64,000 bases of DNA from Raillietiella orientalis (lineage: Eukaryota), in assembly GCA_036172245.1 (NCBI GenBank), contig JAYWIR010000006.1, positions 3,968,001-4,032,000 of the forward strand, given 5' to 3'. How positions within the stretch are numbered: the stretch's first letter is position 1; each line of letters opens with the position of its first letter. This document shows positions 37,900 through 51,300 of the stretch, in pieces. The notes under the pieces are model-generated. The model was given only the letters and a program-made list of their open reading frames with translations. It was not told the DNA's origin and did not search any database. Position numbers and translations under genes: made by a program.

Positions 37900-38200
37900 T
37901 ACGCTAAAACACGTTGCCTCATCTCCGCGATGCGCACGCGCACTATAGTGTGACGCCCCTTCTTCACGGCAAGCGTCACGCATGCGGCAGCTCCAACGCG
38001 CGACGCCGCAACACGCTACGCTACGGCAACGCTTTCGCGCACGCCATCCGAGACCTCGAGGCAGACGAATATTGGCTGGCTCTCCTTGTGACCGGTTGCC
38101 TGGAGATCGGGAGCCCCCACACGCCCTGTACGGCTGGCCGTTGTTAGGCTGAATGCGGCCTCGTTCGTGATGGGGTCCTTTACCAGGTGACGACTCACGC
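37900..38200 (+). mobile_element. Possible relic of a restriction-like endonuclease (R2/NeSL/Utopia-type) domain
   Basis: SVTPLL...ARRRNTLRY...LLVTGCLEIGSP loosely follows DVTxPF...ARxxKxxKY...LVVGxLGxW. Recognised from motif memory only. Confidence 0.3.
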
Positions 38201-39338
38201 CAGGGGTGGAAGACTCAAAACCGGGTGACGGACGCTGACGGCCTCCTTCTCGCGTCTCGAACGCATGGCGGCGATGACCATTACCTCTGGTACGTCGGAG
38301 GTCCAGCACCGTTGGCGGAAGAGCATACTTCGGAGGTGAGGAAAGTGACGAAAGCCTCTCGAGAAAAAAGGGCGCTTCCCGGAACCCCGCGTCCCTTTTC
38401 CTGTGCGTCACGCTGGGGCAGTACGAAAACGAACGATCTGGTCAAGAAACAGCCGAGGGCCGCCACTGCACTTGGCCGCACTCACTCCGACCCGGGCAAC
38501 CCGAAGGCTGCGAGCGACGGGCGTTGGCTTCGGATGCCAGCCACTCCACTGCTGCCTCCTGGGCGACGTCTCGCTGACTGTAGAAGCTTTTTTCTTTTTT
38601 GAGGGAGGAAGGAGGAGGGTGGGGTTAGGCAGCCGAACCAATGACCCTTCCAGACCTTGTCAGCATCACCTTTAAGTCACTCGAGAGGGGGGCACCAGCA
38701 TCGGGCTTCTTCCTAGAACCGTCACCCACCCGTTCCGCCCCTCCCACGGAGCCCCCCGCGCGCCACCACAGCCTTGCTTCCTTATCCACGGTGGGTGGGT
38801 AATGGCGGCGGATTTTCGGGAGTGCAGACCAGCCCCCCTTCCCACATTCCCCAACGGGCAAGCACGCCCAGTTTTCTCTCGACAGATCTCGTAGATTGCT
38901 TGGTGAGCGTCGTCGTGTTTCGGGGTGCTCGGTGAGCACTGGACGGCAAGGAAACGACAAGAACAAGGGGGGCAGAGAGAACGAGGGACAGGAGATCGAC
39001 GGACGTATTTTGGTCCCCTTTCCCCCCCCCCCCTTGTTCTTTTCCCACCTCCTGGACCGGAGGGCACACGCTCTGGCGGCCACTTGCGACACGGGGGCCC
39101 GGGTTCAGGTGGGGTAGAAAGTAGGCGGTCCGGAGCAAGGGGCATCTGCTGGCCGCGACAGTCCGGAGAAGGAGCGGGTGCGGGTGACGAAGAGCGGAGG
39201 GGGAGCTGAGACGAGGGTCGCCGCACAGGTCCAACCGACGGGGCCCACGCCTGCACTTCCCCCTTCCCGATCCGCGCGCCGACGGGAGGCAGGGGGCGGA
39301 TTGGGGAAAGGGCGTCTCCCTCCTTACGTTTCGGGGCG

Positions 39339-42300
39339 TCAGACGAAGGAGGAGAAGCCCGGGAGGGGCGCGCGGCTGCCGGCCATGTTGTGCAGCACGA
39401 TCTTGCCCCCGTTGAGGTTGTACATGCCGCAGTTGTCGGGATCGGAGTCGGTAAAGCTGGAGCACAGGTTGTGCGGGGGGCGTGGAGGGGGGGGGTCGGC
39501 AGCTGCCGCCTCGCTCCGCGGGACGGGGCGCTGCTTCCTCCAGGACTGCCGGAGGGTGTCGTTTATGTTGGCGTAGTGGTTGACGAAGGAGTGCGTGTTC
39601 TCGTCGACGGTCCGCTCGGTGTCGCTTTCGTTGGCCTGGAAGGGCGGCGGTGGGCGCGGCGGCTGCACCTCCCTCCCGCTCACCTGTGAGTCCGTCGAGC
39701 TGATCTCGGACGGCTTCTCGGTCAGCGAGGAGTCGTCGTCGTCTTCGTCCTCGTCGTCGTCCGGGCGGTCGCCGCAGTTCTTCTCGCCGCCGCCGTCGTC
39801 GCTGTACTCCGTGTCCGGCGAGTCGGACGAGCGCCGCATCTTCTGGAGGGACGGCTGCCTGGACGGGCGCCTCAGGAAGGGGAAGTCCCGCGACGGCGTC
39901 GTGGTAAAAGTGGAGAAGTCGCCCGCATCGTCCAGAGTGCCCAAGGAGCCCTTCTCCCGCATCCCTGGAAGGGCCCCCGCCGGCGCAGGTGGTAGGGCGT
40001 GCGCGCGCGCGCGTCCCCCGTTTACCTCTGCTGCCGCCGCCGCCGCCCCTGCCACCGCCAGCCGCGGCGCTCGTCTTGACACAGAGAACGGCGACCACCA
40101 TCATTAGGAGGACGATACTGGCGGCCGCCAGGATGACAAGGAAAACGGACTGGCGGTAGAAGGGGAGCTGGTGGGTCAGGCCAGAAGTGTGGACAGGGGT
40201 GACCAGCGCCTCCGGAGCGAGGGTGGGAGCGCTGACGCCGTGGCGGTTGTAGGCCATGACGCGGAACTCGTAGGCGGACGAGGGCAGCAGCCGGTAGAGG
40301 GGCAGCGCCAGCTCGCGTGCGGCGCCCCCTTGTGTGTGCGCGAACGTCTCCCAAGCGGGAGTACCTGATGGAGCGAGAGAGAGGGGACAGGGAGATCGGT
40401 GGGTGCACGAGACTGAAGCACAAAGAGGGGAGAAGGAGAAAAGAAAGAACAGGAGGAGGAAAGGAGGAAAAGGAGGAGGAGGTAGGAAAGTGAAAGAGTT
40501 ACCTCGCTTCCTGTACTCCACGTGATAACCCAAGACAGATTCTTCCTCAGGCGCAGCGGTGCTACTGGGGAAGTGCTCGGTCCATCGGAGCTTTGCGGAG
40601 GTGCCCGTCTTGACCAGGGAGACGTCGCGCGGCGAGGGAGGTGACCCCTCCTGCGGTCCGGTTGTCACGTTGGCCGCGGCAACGGGCCCGTGCCCGACCA
40701 CAGTGTGGGCGGACACGCGGAAGGTGTAGGTGGCGCCCTCCTCCAGGTCGCGCACAAACAGCTCCGTCTGGTTGACCCGAACTTTGACCTCCTTGCTGCT
40801 CACCTCTGGCATCCGTTCACCCGGGAAGGAAAAGAAAGAAAAGGGGACGCAAGCGGCGTTAGGAGACCGCCCCAGCCCACATCTCATTCCTCCCCGTCGT
40901 TAGGACCACCGTCTTACCGTTGGCATCGTGGGCAGCAGTCTGGTAGGCCACCAGATAATGGGCGATCCTTCCCTGTGGCTTGGACGGCGCCGACCACGAC
41001 ACTCGGAGACTGGTCATGGTGATTTCCCCGAAGTGGACGTCTTCCACAGGGCCGGGTATGCCCTGAGGGTGCACGTGGCCTGCTCGTCCCTTCCTTCGCC
41101 CCCGTCCCCGTCAGTACCTGCAGGGTTCGCACGCACACCTCTTCGGAGCGAGGGCCGTCGCCGGCGGCGTTGAAGGCGAGGACGCTCACGGCATAGGTGG
41201 TGTACGCGTCCAGGTACAGCAGCGCGTGAGAGGGTGCGCGCGAGGCAGACGCCACCTCCTCCTCCTCACCATCATCATTCTGCCCATCGCGCCTGGAGTA
41301 GAAGACCTGGGAGGGAGAAAATGCTGCTGGCTCGCACCTGAGGGGAGCTCGCACCCTTCATCTGACCTTATAGCCGAGGAGGTCGCCGCCACCGTCCTGC
41401 TCCTGAGACGGCGGCCGCCCGCCATCCTGAGGGCCATCGTCTGCAGGAAGGGGAGGTTTCCAGGTCAGGCGGACCTCGTTTGTCGAGACGGCCTCGGCCT
41501 GCAACGCCCGCGGGGCCGTAGAAGGCACGGCTTCGCCCACGTACGTGACGACGGGAGACGTCGGAGGCCCGGCGCCGCGCGAGTTGACGGCGCTCACACG
41601 CACCTCGTAGGTGCAGTCCCTGCGGAGGCCATCCAGAACCCATCCGGAGGCCTGCGGAGAAGACGGAGCAGGCGGGACTGGGTCGAGGAAAAGGCGGGGA
41701 GGATCGCTCACCAGCCGACCAGGGGCATCGATGCTACGCTCTTCGTCCGCGCATCCGCCCACCCCGGCGTAGCGGACGCGGTACGCGGCGGAGTCGTGAT
41801 CTCCGTTCCACTGCTCCAGGTGCAGGGCCTGCCACTTCAGCTCAAGCGCCGTCGGTGTGATCGGCACGACCTGCAGGTCGGCGGGAGGCTGCTGTGGCGC
41901 TGCAACAAGAAACACGAAGCAAATGGTGAGGTGAGGGCTCAGGGCGGGGAAGGTACGGGGGAAGGGGAGCGACTAACCTGCCGGCAGCGTCACGGCGAGG
42001 TCTGTGGGCTCACTCCAGGCGCTGTGCCCGACATCGTTGACGGCCCGCAGGCGGAAGCGGTAGCCTGTGAAAGGGTGCAGGCGCTCCACGACGTGGGACG
42101 TGCTTGATGAGTCGAGTCTGTCCGGCAGCGTGGTCCATGCGTCCTCTCCAGCAGCCCACATCTGCACCGTGTAGTACCTGGAGGTGCGACATGCATGGAT
42201 CTCCGGAGCAACCGAAAACACACGGAGACGGGGGTGGAGGGGAATCTGCACATCTTGCTCCGGATTCCAAACGTAAGGGAGAGAAGGGAGTGAACGTCCG

Positions 42301-45300
42301 AGGAGAGAGGGCGGGCCCGGCGGGAAGGATCCCCCGGCAGCTCACCTCAGCGGGGCGAAACCATCTCCTCCGGGCGTCCAGTCCAGGAAGACGGCGTCGC
42401 TGCGCACCCGGGACTGGTCGACGGTGGGCCGCGAAGGTGACTCCGGTGGGCGGCGGTCGCCAGTGGTGTACACGAGGGCGCTGGCTGCTTCGCCGCGTCC
42501 CAGGTGCGTGAGGGCGGACACCTCGAACAGGTAGTAGGTCTCTGGGGCCAGCCCGGTCGCCCTGCGAGAGAAGGGAGGAGGGCGGGGAGCGATGTGTGGG
42601 AGGGAGGGAAAAGGGGGACCTACTGATACGTGCGGGTGGTCTCCGCCAGAGTCCGCGTGGCGCTCTCGGCGGCGGGAGGCAGTGTCTGCAGCCGCGGCTG
42701 CCTCCGCTCGCGGTGCCTGACCTCGTACCCAAGGATGATCCCGTTAGGCTCTTCGGGGGCGTCCCAGACGATCCGGGCCGTGGTGAAGGTGACGTCGGGA
42801 AAGGAGACGTTGGAGGGCACCCCGGGGACTAGAGGTGGGCAAAAGGAGAGCACGTGGCGGTTTCCTGGAAGTTTCCGTTCCCCTTCCCGTCCACTCACGG
42901 TCTTCGCGGGTGCTGACGAGGACGGGGGGCGACGATAGGACTCCGTCCCCCAGGCGGGAATACGCAAGCACCTGGACGGCGTACCTGGTGAACTTCTTCA
43001 GGCCGGCGAGGTCCGCCTCGAAGGTGTCGTTGCCAGGCACATGCAGGCACTGGATAGTGACGCCCGGGGTGAGTGGGAGGGTCGGACGGGAGGCCCAGTC
43101 CCTCGCAGGGGGAAGGGGTGGGCTGCCAACGCCAACCTGATCGAATGCCAACGTCGCCATCGAACCGGGGGACGGGGAGTAACACACGCGGTAGCCCCGC
43201 ACGACGCCGTTCCGGTGCACCTCGTCCACGGGACCCCAGGAGACGCGCACCGTCGTCGACGAGGTGGCGCTCGCCGTCACGTCGACGGGGCCGGAGGAAG
43301 GCACTGGAAGGAGAGAGGAAAAAGGCGCGTTCGCTGGGGCCGAGAGGGACGCTCCTCCCATACCTGACTCGCGGGTCTTCTCCGACACCGCGGGACTCCT
43401 GCCGGAAGAGCCGACGTCGTTCAGGGACTCCAGCGCGACGTCATAGGAGGTGAAGGGGCGCAGGTCGGCGATCACGAACGAGTTGGCGAAGTGATCGCTG
43501 ATGTCGGCGACGCCCTCGTCTGAGACGCCGGGCGAGGTGGTGGCCCTGTAGGAGATGCGGTAGCCTCGTGGGTTCCCGTGCCACTCGACCTGCTGCAGGG
43601 GCTGCAACGAGACAAAGGCGGGTTGGGACGGAGATAGATGGCAGTCCTGCAAGCAGGCCCTCGTCGTCCACGTGCGCCGCCGGCAGCGCCGAGACGGAAA
43701 CGCGCGAGGCGGGTGGAAGCGGAGGGGGGGGGGGCATGGCGAGGCGAAGAAAATGAGGAGGAGAACGAGAAAAGAGCAAGTCGCGGGCGTCGAGGGAGAA
43801 AGCAAAGACGTCACGGCGCCGAGCAGGACGCCCGCGCAGCTGGACGGAGGGCGCCCGCAAGCGGAATTCTCTTCGCGCGAAGCGGCAGCGTGCGCGCTGG
43901 CCCGGGGCACGGCGTCTCGCGCGCCCATGCTTCTCTCCCCCCTGCTGCGAGTCCCATAAACGCACGGGGATTCCCAATCCCCTTCCTCCCCGACCCCGCG
44001 AGCGCGCTACTCACCGTCCACCGCACGCGTATCTCAGTGGGGCCCGCGGCCCGGGCCGTGACGTTGTGGGGAAAGTGGGCGGGGACTGCCTGCAGAGTCT
44101 GGAAGGTCTTGCTGGGCTCGGAGGGAGCGCTGGCGCCCACCACATTCTCCGCGACGATGCGCACCCGGTACTGCACGAACGGGATGAGGTTGTCGAGGAC
44201 TATCGAGGTTGCGTTAGGGGCGTGTCTGGAGGTCAGGTTCCTCCACAGCTTGCTGGGGCCGACCTGCGCCTGCGGGGATGAGGCACATGGAGGGAGGAGG
44301 GGTGGGGTGGACGCCCGACCCACCTGCACCCGCCAGTTAGAGATGGACGAGTTGCCGTCGAAACCGGGGGAGAATTGGAGGATGGCGGAGAAGGCCCGGA
44401 TGTTGGAGATGCCCAGGTGGAAGGGTGGCTCCGGCAGCACGGGTCGCACTCTCGAGGTGAAGCCGGCGGAGACCGCGGGACCCGGTCCGGCGGCAGTCCA
44501 CGCGTGGATCTCACACACGTATGAAGTGGACGGCTGAAAAAGGGAAGAAATTGCGAGCTGTGGAGCCTCGTCGCGATACCGTCGTCCCTCCGGGGTGGTG
44601 GGCCGCAGCAGCTTCGCCTCCCACCGTTTAGCTGAGCACGCGCCGTTCCCTGCAGATATTGGCGCCAGGATGGCGGGACTTTCCCGTGCGCAGGGGTGTG
44701 GGAAGCCCCCCAACCCGGTTGCTGCAGCCCGAACTCTCCCTCCAACTCCCTCGCGTGACATGGAGGCGGCGGCGGCAGCGCGGAGGACCGCGGTCCACGA
44801 AACTCACCACCAGGCCGGTGACGAAGGCCGAGAAGACGTCGGCGTCCGTCTGCAGCTCCTGAATGAGCGTCCCGTTTCCCTCGGAGAGACACGCCAGCCG
44901 GAAGCCCAAAATGACGCCGTTCTTGCTGGATGGATCGCGCCAGGTCACGAGGACCGACCTGTCCGTGACGTTCTCAAACCCCAGCCCTTCCACCGGACCG
45001 GGAGCTGCGAGGGCGGGGATCGGGGACGCTTCCCTCCTTCGGTCGCCCCGAACTCACCGTCCTGCAGCGTGCGCACCGCCACCGGGCTCGAAGGCACGCC
45101 GTCGCCGGCGCTGGTGAAGCAACGGACGGTCACGTTGTAAGTGGTGAAGGCCCGGAGGCCGCTGAGCACCTCCGCCTGCTCCGCGAACGGGTTCATCAGG
45201 TTCGGAGGCACCACCAGGCGGCGGGAAGGGGTCCCGTCTAAGGAAGAGCGCCCCTGGGTGCCCACCCACGTCCATGCCCCCAGGGGGCTGAACTCACGGG

Positions 45301-48300
45301 CGAGGACCTCCACTTTGTAGCCCTGGTTGATGCCGTTGATCTTCTGCGGGTCCGGTGGCTTCCACGTCACCACGACGCTGGTCGAGTTCACGGCTTCGAC
45401 GGACACGTCCGAAGGCGGAGTTTCCGGAACTGCCGAAGAACGGGGGTGAGAAGGGGAAAAAGGGAGGGAGAAGGGGCGTCGTTGCGCAGCAGAGACCGGA
45501 CGAGTAGGACGGGGAAGGGCTGGGAAGTGCCAAAGACGCGAAGACGAACGCGGAGACGGCGGTTGCCCCGGCTCCCCGGAGAGCGGAAGGGCTACCGCAA
45601 AGGGGGGGAAAGAGTGACGAAGAACGCGAAGGAGAATGCGGGGGTGGCGGTCACTCCCAGCTTACAGGGGAGTGCCCGCACCCACGGTCACGACGGCGAG
45701 GCACCCGCCTACCTCCTTCCTTGGTCCGTATCTTGAGAGGAGCGCTGAAAGCCCCCACGCCCGTGGGGTTGAAGGCCGCAATGCGCATCTCGTAGTCCTT
45801 CCAGCTGATAAGGTCTTCGACCAGGAAGGTCCGCTGAGCCTGGAAGAGAGACGAGGGAAGAGGGTGCGTCTCGAAGGTCCGAGGGAAAGGGCGAGGAAGG
45901 GAGGAGGAGGGCGGCGAAGAAAAGGGGGCCTCCTCCCCTCCAGGAGGCCCGCGACTCGAAGGGGCAGCCGCCGCCAAAGTGACTCGCGAAATGTCCTTCA
46001 GGACGACGCGCGAGACGTCCGGCAACACAGCAGCCAGACAGCCAACCTCGTGAGACCCAAGATGACGAAGACGGTGACAGCGGCGTTGTAGGGGTTTTGC
46101 AACCGTGACGGCGGAAGGCGGCGCTGATGGCGACGGCGGCGAACGACCGCGGTAACAGGCAGGGACAAACATCAGCGGCGATGAGGTTGAAAAAGAACAG
46201 CGATAGCGCGGTCCGTCTGGCCAGAAGGGGGATGCCGCGGGAGAATCCTCTCCGCCTTACGCGCGCCTCCTGGAGGGGTCAGCGCCCAAGGTACCGCCCC
46301 TTCTCCCCGGCTTCGCACGCTGGACATCGCGAACGTTTTGCCCGGGGGAAGGGGGAGGAGGAGAAACGACAACTCTTCGCGGATAGTCGAGAGGGCGAGA
46401 AACGAAGGCGTTGACCCCGCTTGCCGCACCATCCCCGGTCGGTCGGCATCCCGGAGGCAGAGGGCGGTCGCGGGAAACACAAGAGGCGCCCAACGATGCG
46501 ATCCGCTCGGCGTGGGATCACGTGGCAGAATCCGTCAACGATGCCCCCCTCCACGTCCCCGCCCACAGCCACGCTGCTCGCACGTAAACTAAGCACACAC
46601 TGAAAAGTTGCACGCAGACACACACACATGTATATACATACATATATACATATATGAATAAAAAAGTACTACTACCTTTGGAAGTAAAGCATCCCGTTTG
46701 CCAAGAAAGAGTGAGATAGCTACTTAGTTTACCATCCCGAGAAGTGTTAATCTAAAGGCCAGGAAGCAAACTGGAGAGTTAGTCAGTCCTTCCGGTGTCC
46801 AGCTAGGAAAACAAAAGATTGAGAGAAAAACGCACGGGCCTCACCCTCCACTCGAAACGCGGGCAGAAACGGGAGGGCCCTTCCCGAGCCACGCGGGTCC
46901 CACTTTGGACGTGCGCCGGGCAAAAAGAAACGTGGAAAGACGTCTCTGGATGAACGTGCACGCCGCGCGGGCAACCGCTGGTCGCACTCCTCTCCCTCCC
47001 CACGGGGATGGGATGGGAGGAAGGGGAAGGGAACAAGCTACTCGCTCCCTCTTCTCGGCAGCAGGGCGTCCCCTGCTTCATGCGCGCTCGTATTCTGCTC
47101 AGCTGCTCGCAAGCGCCTTCCGTGCCCTCGCTGACATGTCAACCGTGCGTGCGCTCCGGTGAGTGTCAAAGCAGCAGGGGGGCGCCACGCGCGCCGAGAC
47201 ACCCCGTTACCACGGAGATAAATCCGGAAGACAGGAGGTGCGAGTACAGAGTGCAAGAACGGGGAGGGAGCGCAACTCGCGTGCTTGCATCCCAGCCCAA
47301 CCGCTGCCTGCGTTTACCTCGTTCGTGATGTTAATGGACGACCACGGCGAATTACTGTACCCGTACAACCGGAACTGAACGACGTATCCGTTAATCTTCC
47401 CGTTCCTGTGCTCCTGTCGGGGCAGCTGCCACTGGACCATGATCGCCGATGAGGAGTGGGGGGCTCCGAGAAAGTTTTCCGGCGGCGCTGCAACGGAAAT
47501 TCGCTCGCCACCCGCAGACGGGAAAGGAAGAGCCACCCTTGGCCGCCATCACGTCGCCTCCTCCGGCGGGCGCGAGCAATGGCGTCGCCGCCACCGCCGC
47601 GAGCCCGTCGGGGATGCGGAAGGACGAGCGGCTTCCCGGAAGACTGCAATTCGCATTACCTGAAGGCGGCTCTTGCGGCAGGACAAGCACGTTACTCGCT
47701 TCGGACGGCGCCCCCTGGCCAACTCGGTTGACAGCGATCAAGCGGAACTGGTACGCGGACGCTGCCTGGAGTTTGGACAGGGTGACCCATCTCTTGTCGG
47801 CGGAGATGTTGGAGTACACGACGTTCCAGTTAAGGCTCGACTCTGGCATCGCCTCCGAATCTGTTGAAAGAACGGAAGCGAATCAAAGGGTCACTCCCCC
47901 TTCTCCTTCAAGTCGCCTTGAGCGTATGAAGAAAGGGAGAGAAGAAGAAAAATAACATTTACCGTTGAGTAGGACTCGCTTGCTCTGCAGCACGTAATGC
48001 AGGATCGGGCTGTTGCCATCGAACCCAGCAACCCAGCTAACGTTCACGACCTCGCTTGATTGGGGGACCATGCTGGCCCGAACGTTCAGGGATTCGTAAG
48101 GGACTTCCGTGACGTTCAGAAGCACGCTGTATTTTTCGGAACCGCTCAGGGATTTCACGACGCAGCTGTATTGACCACTGTCCGACGCACGCACTGCCTG
48201 GATTTCCAAAGAATTGTCGGCAAGCCGCCTTCTCAGATGCTTTCCGACCTGCAGATGGCTGAACAAACAAGCCGACGACACCCTCTTTCGATAGCTCCCG

Positions 48301-51300
48301 TCGGGTTACCTACCGTTCGTTGTGGTACCACTGCACCTGACTGGGCAAAGACGGATAGACGGATACCTTGCACGACAACACCGCCGTCTGACCAAGGACG
48401 ACGCTGATGTTTTCGGGAGAGAATGTAACGTGCGTCCTCACTAGAGAAACAGTCTCTTTAAGAGAGAGAGCGAGAGAGAAAGCAAAAAAAAATTGCAGGG
48501 AACAAGTAAGGCATAATCTTGAGGTTGCTGAGTGCATAGGCTCCCCCAGCGTCGAACCAATGCCGAACGCACAGCACTTGGTTCATCAGGCGCTGAAAGC
48601 AAACAGGCGACCAACGTGACCAGAAATGCCCTAATTGGAGAAGAACTGCAAAGGGGATGTAGAAGTTAAGTTCGCACTATTCCTTCCCTCGAATACGAAT
48701 GTCAGCGAAAGGAACAAAAAGCCGTAATCGCCGTCCCTGGCTTCTCTTTTCTTGGTCGATTTTTTTTTATACTTCTAACAAGGATCGGCGCCTTTCAGTT
48801 CCATCTTAGCCGATCTTTACTGCATTACAGAAGAGCCTACGTTAGTGTATTCTAATAACATTTTGGTCACTGTGACCTCGCAGGTTAACCTAAAGGAAAG
48901 AACAGGACACAAAATCTGCTTTGAAAGAGCTCCTCAGGCAGGGCAACAAGTGAGCGAGACGCGATCAAAACAGAATACAACTGCAATATAAACTGGAAGA
49001 TCACCCTCAAGAATAATTCTTGCTTTGTGCTTGCACTTGGTTGACAGGCAAATAGGACGGTTGCAACCGCATGCACAGCAAAGCAATCCAAAATTCCAGG
49101 AGGTATTGGGGTTAGTGAACGATGCACTTGAATTCAATCCGATGTTTGCGATGTTTCGGCTACAACGCTTCGGATAATCAGTTCTTACTTTGAATTTTGA
49201 GCCATGTGGAAGATGACGACTGCCCAGCTACATTCTCAGCCACGCACTGGTATATTCCCATGTCATCCAGTTTTACATCAGTTATAACCAACGTTCCATT
49301 GTCGTAAACATTCATTCTGGTAAACAGAAGACATCAAGTAAACCAATGATTGTATAACATTTTACAACCACGAATATACAATGGATGTGTATTATCATTA
49401 TTATTATTTAAAAAAAAAAAGTCACCTCGTTGTATTTTGTAAGCTTTCAGTATCCTTATACCAACGAACGCTTGGACTAGGATGGCCCTGAGATACACAT
49501 GATAAGGTCACTGCGCTGCCCAGTTTCACTTCAGTTTCTCGGGAGAAAGATGAATTCAACACAGGAGCATCTGTGTGGACACTTTGAAGTTGACAGGCGT
49601 ATTCTCAAAAGTATGTCAACATTACCAAATACTTCTACGATAGCTGATGCTGTCAGATTTGTCTTAGTCTGATCATTTAAACGGACAACGCAACTGTACA
49701 ATCCCGCATGATTGACACTGATAGGGTACAGGTTCAAGGTACGATTGTATAAATCCGTAGTAAACGAAAATGGGATATTAAGTAGCTCCACAGGTACCTG
49801 GTCCTTAAACCACAAAGTTTCGATTCTGTCCAAATACCTGATTAAAAAGGAGAAAAAAAATACAAATAACATTTTTTTTTACACAGTTATGGGCAACGAG
49901 CATATTGCATGATAAAAACAACTGAGCTCTAATTAAACAAAACAATTGTGCCTGTAGCTAATTTTTTTCTCCACTGGAGGATGATAAGCAACATTGCATA
50001 CCGAAAATGGCACTGCTGGTGTAAATAGCATTACTGATGAAATGCAACTAAGATAAAAAAAAATCATGAAAACACATATTTCATTTTTTCCATCATTGTG
50101 AAGGTAAGCATACACACAGGAAATCATTCAACAACAAATTCGATGAAACTAAATGCTTTGCCAAATTACAACAGTACCGAGGCCACCTTAAACCTTCACT
50201 GATCTACGCCTGTCAGATGATACAAATGATATGCCCTCTTTACCATCTCAACAGGTAAAGTACTCATTCGCTCATTCAGACCTGCCTTTGTAGTATATAC
50301 TTTGATACTCATTTTTTTTACCCCTTCAAGTTGATTATCATCAACTCCCTTAAGGTGCACACAATATGGCAAAATCATGGGCAGAATGGCTGTTCATGTG
50401 AAAAGGAACTGGTGCTACCACTCTACTGATGTACTTCAGGTGCTAGATTGATCAACAACTCATTGACAAATTTGTTAGCAAATAAATTCATTTTAGTCGT
50501 CATTTCACAAAACGATTCTGCTCAAGTAGAAACCAGGGATTCCACATTCTTCTGATATACCAGATGGTGACTGAAAAATGGTCTTACCTGCTGGTAAGAC
50601 CATTTTTCAGTCATTCTGACTGCACTTTTACCTCGGCAATTCATGAACATTCCATTGCTAGGTATTCAACTTGAATTTTTTGTTATCAGCTTGACCTCTT
50701 CACAACTAATGCCCTACTTTTTCAAAATTACTGTCTATGGAACTGGTTTAAACTTTTTGATCAAAAGGCTTGCGCAATCCATTTCAATAATTTACTTGAT
50801 GGATAAAAATGCACTCGTGCAATATTTTGATGAAGGAATAAGATCTCCCAAGACACGATATCTATTCTGTAAGGAAAACTTCATAAGTAGACATAATGCC
50901 GATGAATCAATGACAACATGGTGGCAAAACTTTCCATAATTTGCATTGAACAACCTCAAGCATACTTGTCAATTACCTGAATTTGTTAAATGAGAGGCAA
51001 TTAACGTACGCAGCCATGTTCTTCAGCAATGGAATAAGCCAATTTTTCAAATTAAAACTTCTATTTTATCCCTAGACTAATGTGCTTAACTTCTTCAATA
51101 TCTAATTCATTGCATGTATTAATACACAAGCATAGGGCTAATCTTGTTGCTATCCATTAAACAGTTGTAACTTTAACTTCCTCAAATGCATGTGGACAAA
51201 ACTGTTTTTAACATTATTATGAAACTATAAACCTCTGTATCTTGGCCATTCAAGGCATAAACAAGATGGCATGCATTTGCTACACTAGAATGCTTTCTGC

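Noticed and set aside
13700..48300. Hundreds of long overlapping Arg/Pro/Gly-rich ORFs (e.g. 25131-26810, 26470-27759, 15668-16912, 38782-40887)
   Set aside because: Stop codons are scarce at high GC. These ORFs are off-frame or antisense shadows, or read through introns of fascin, sidekick and the LINE relics.
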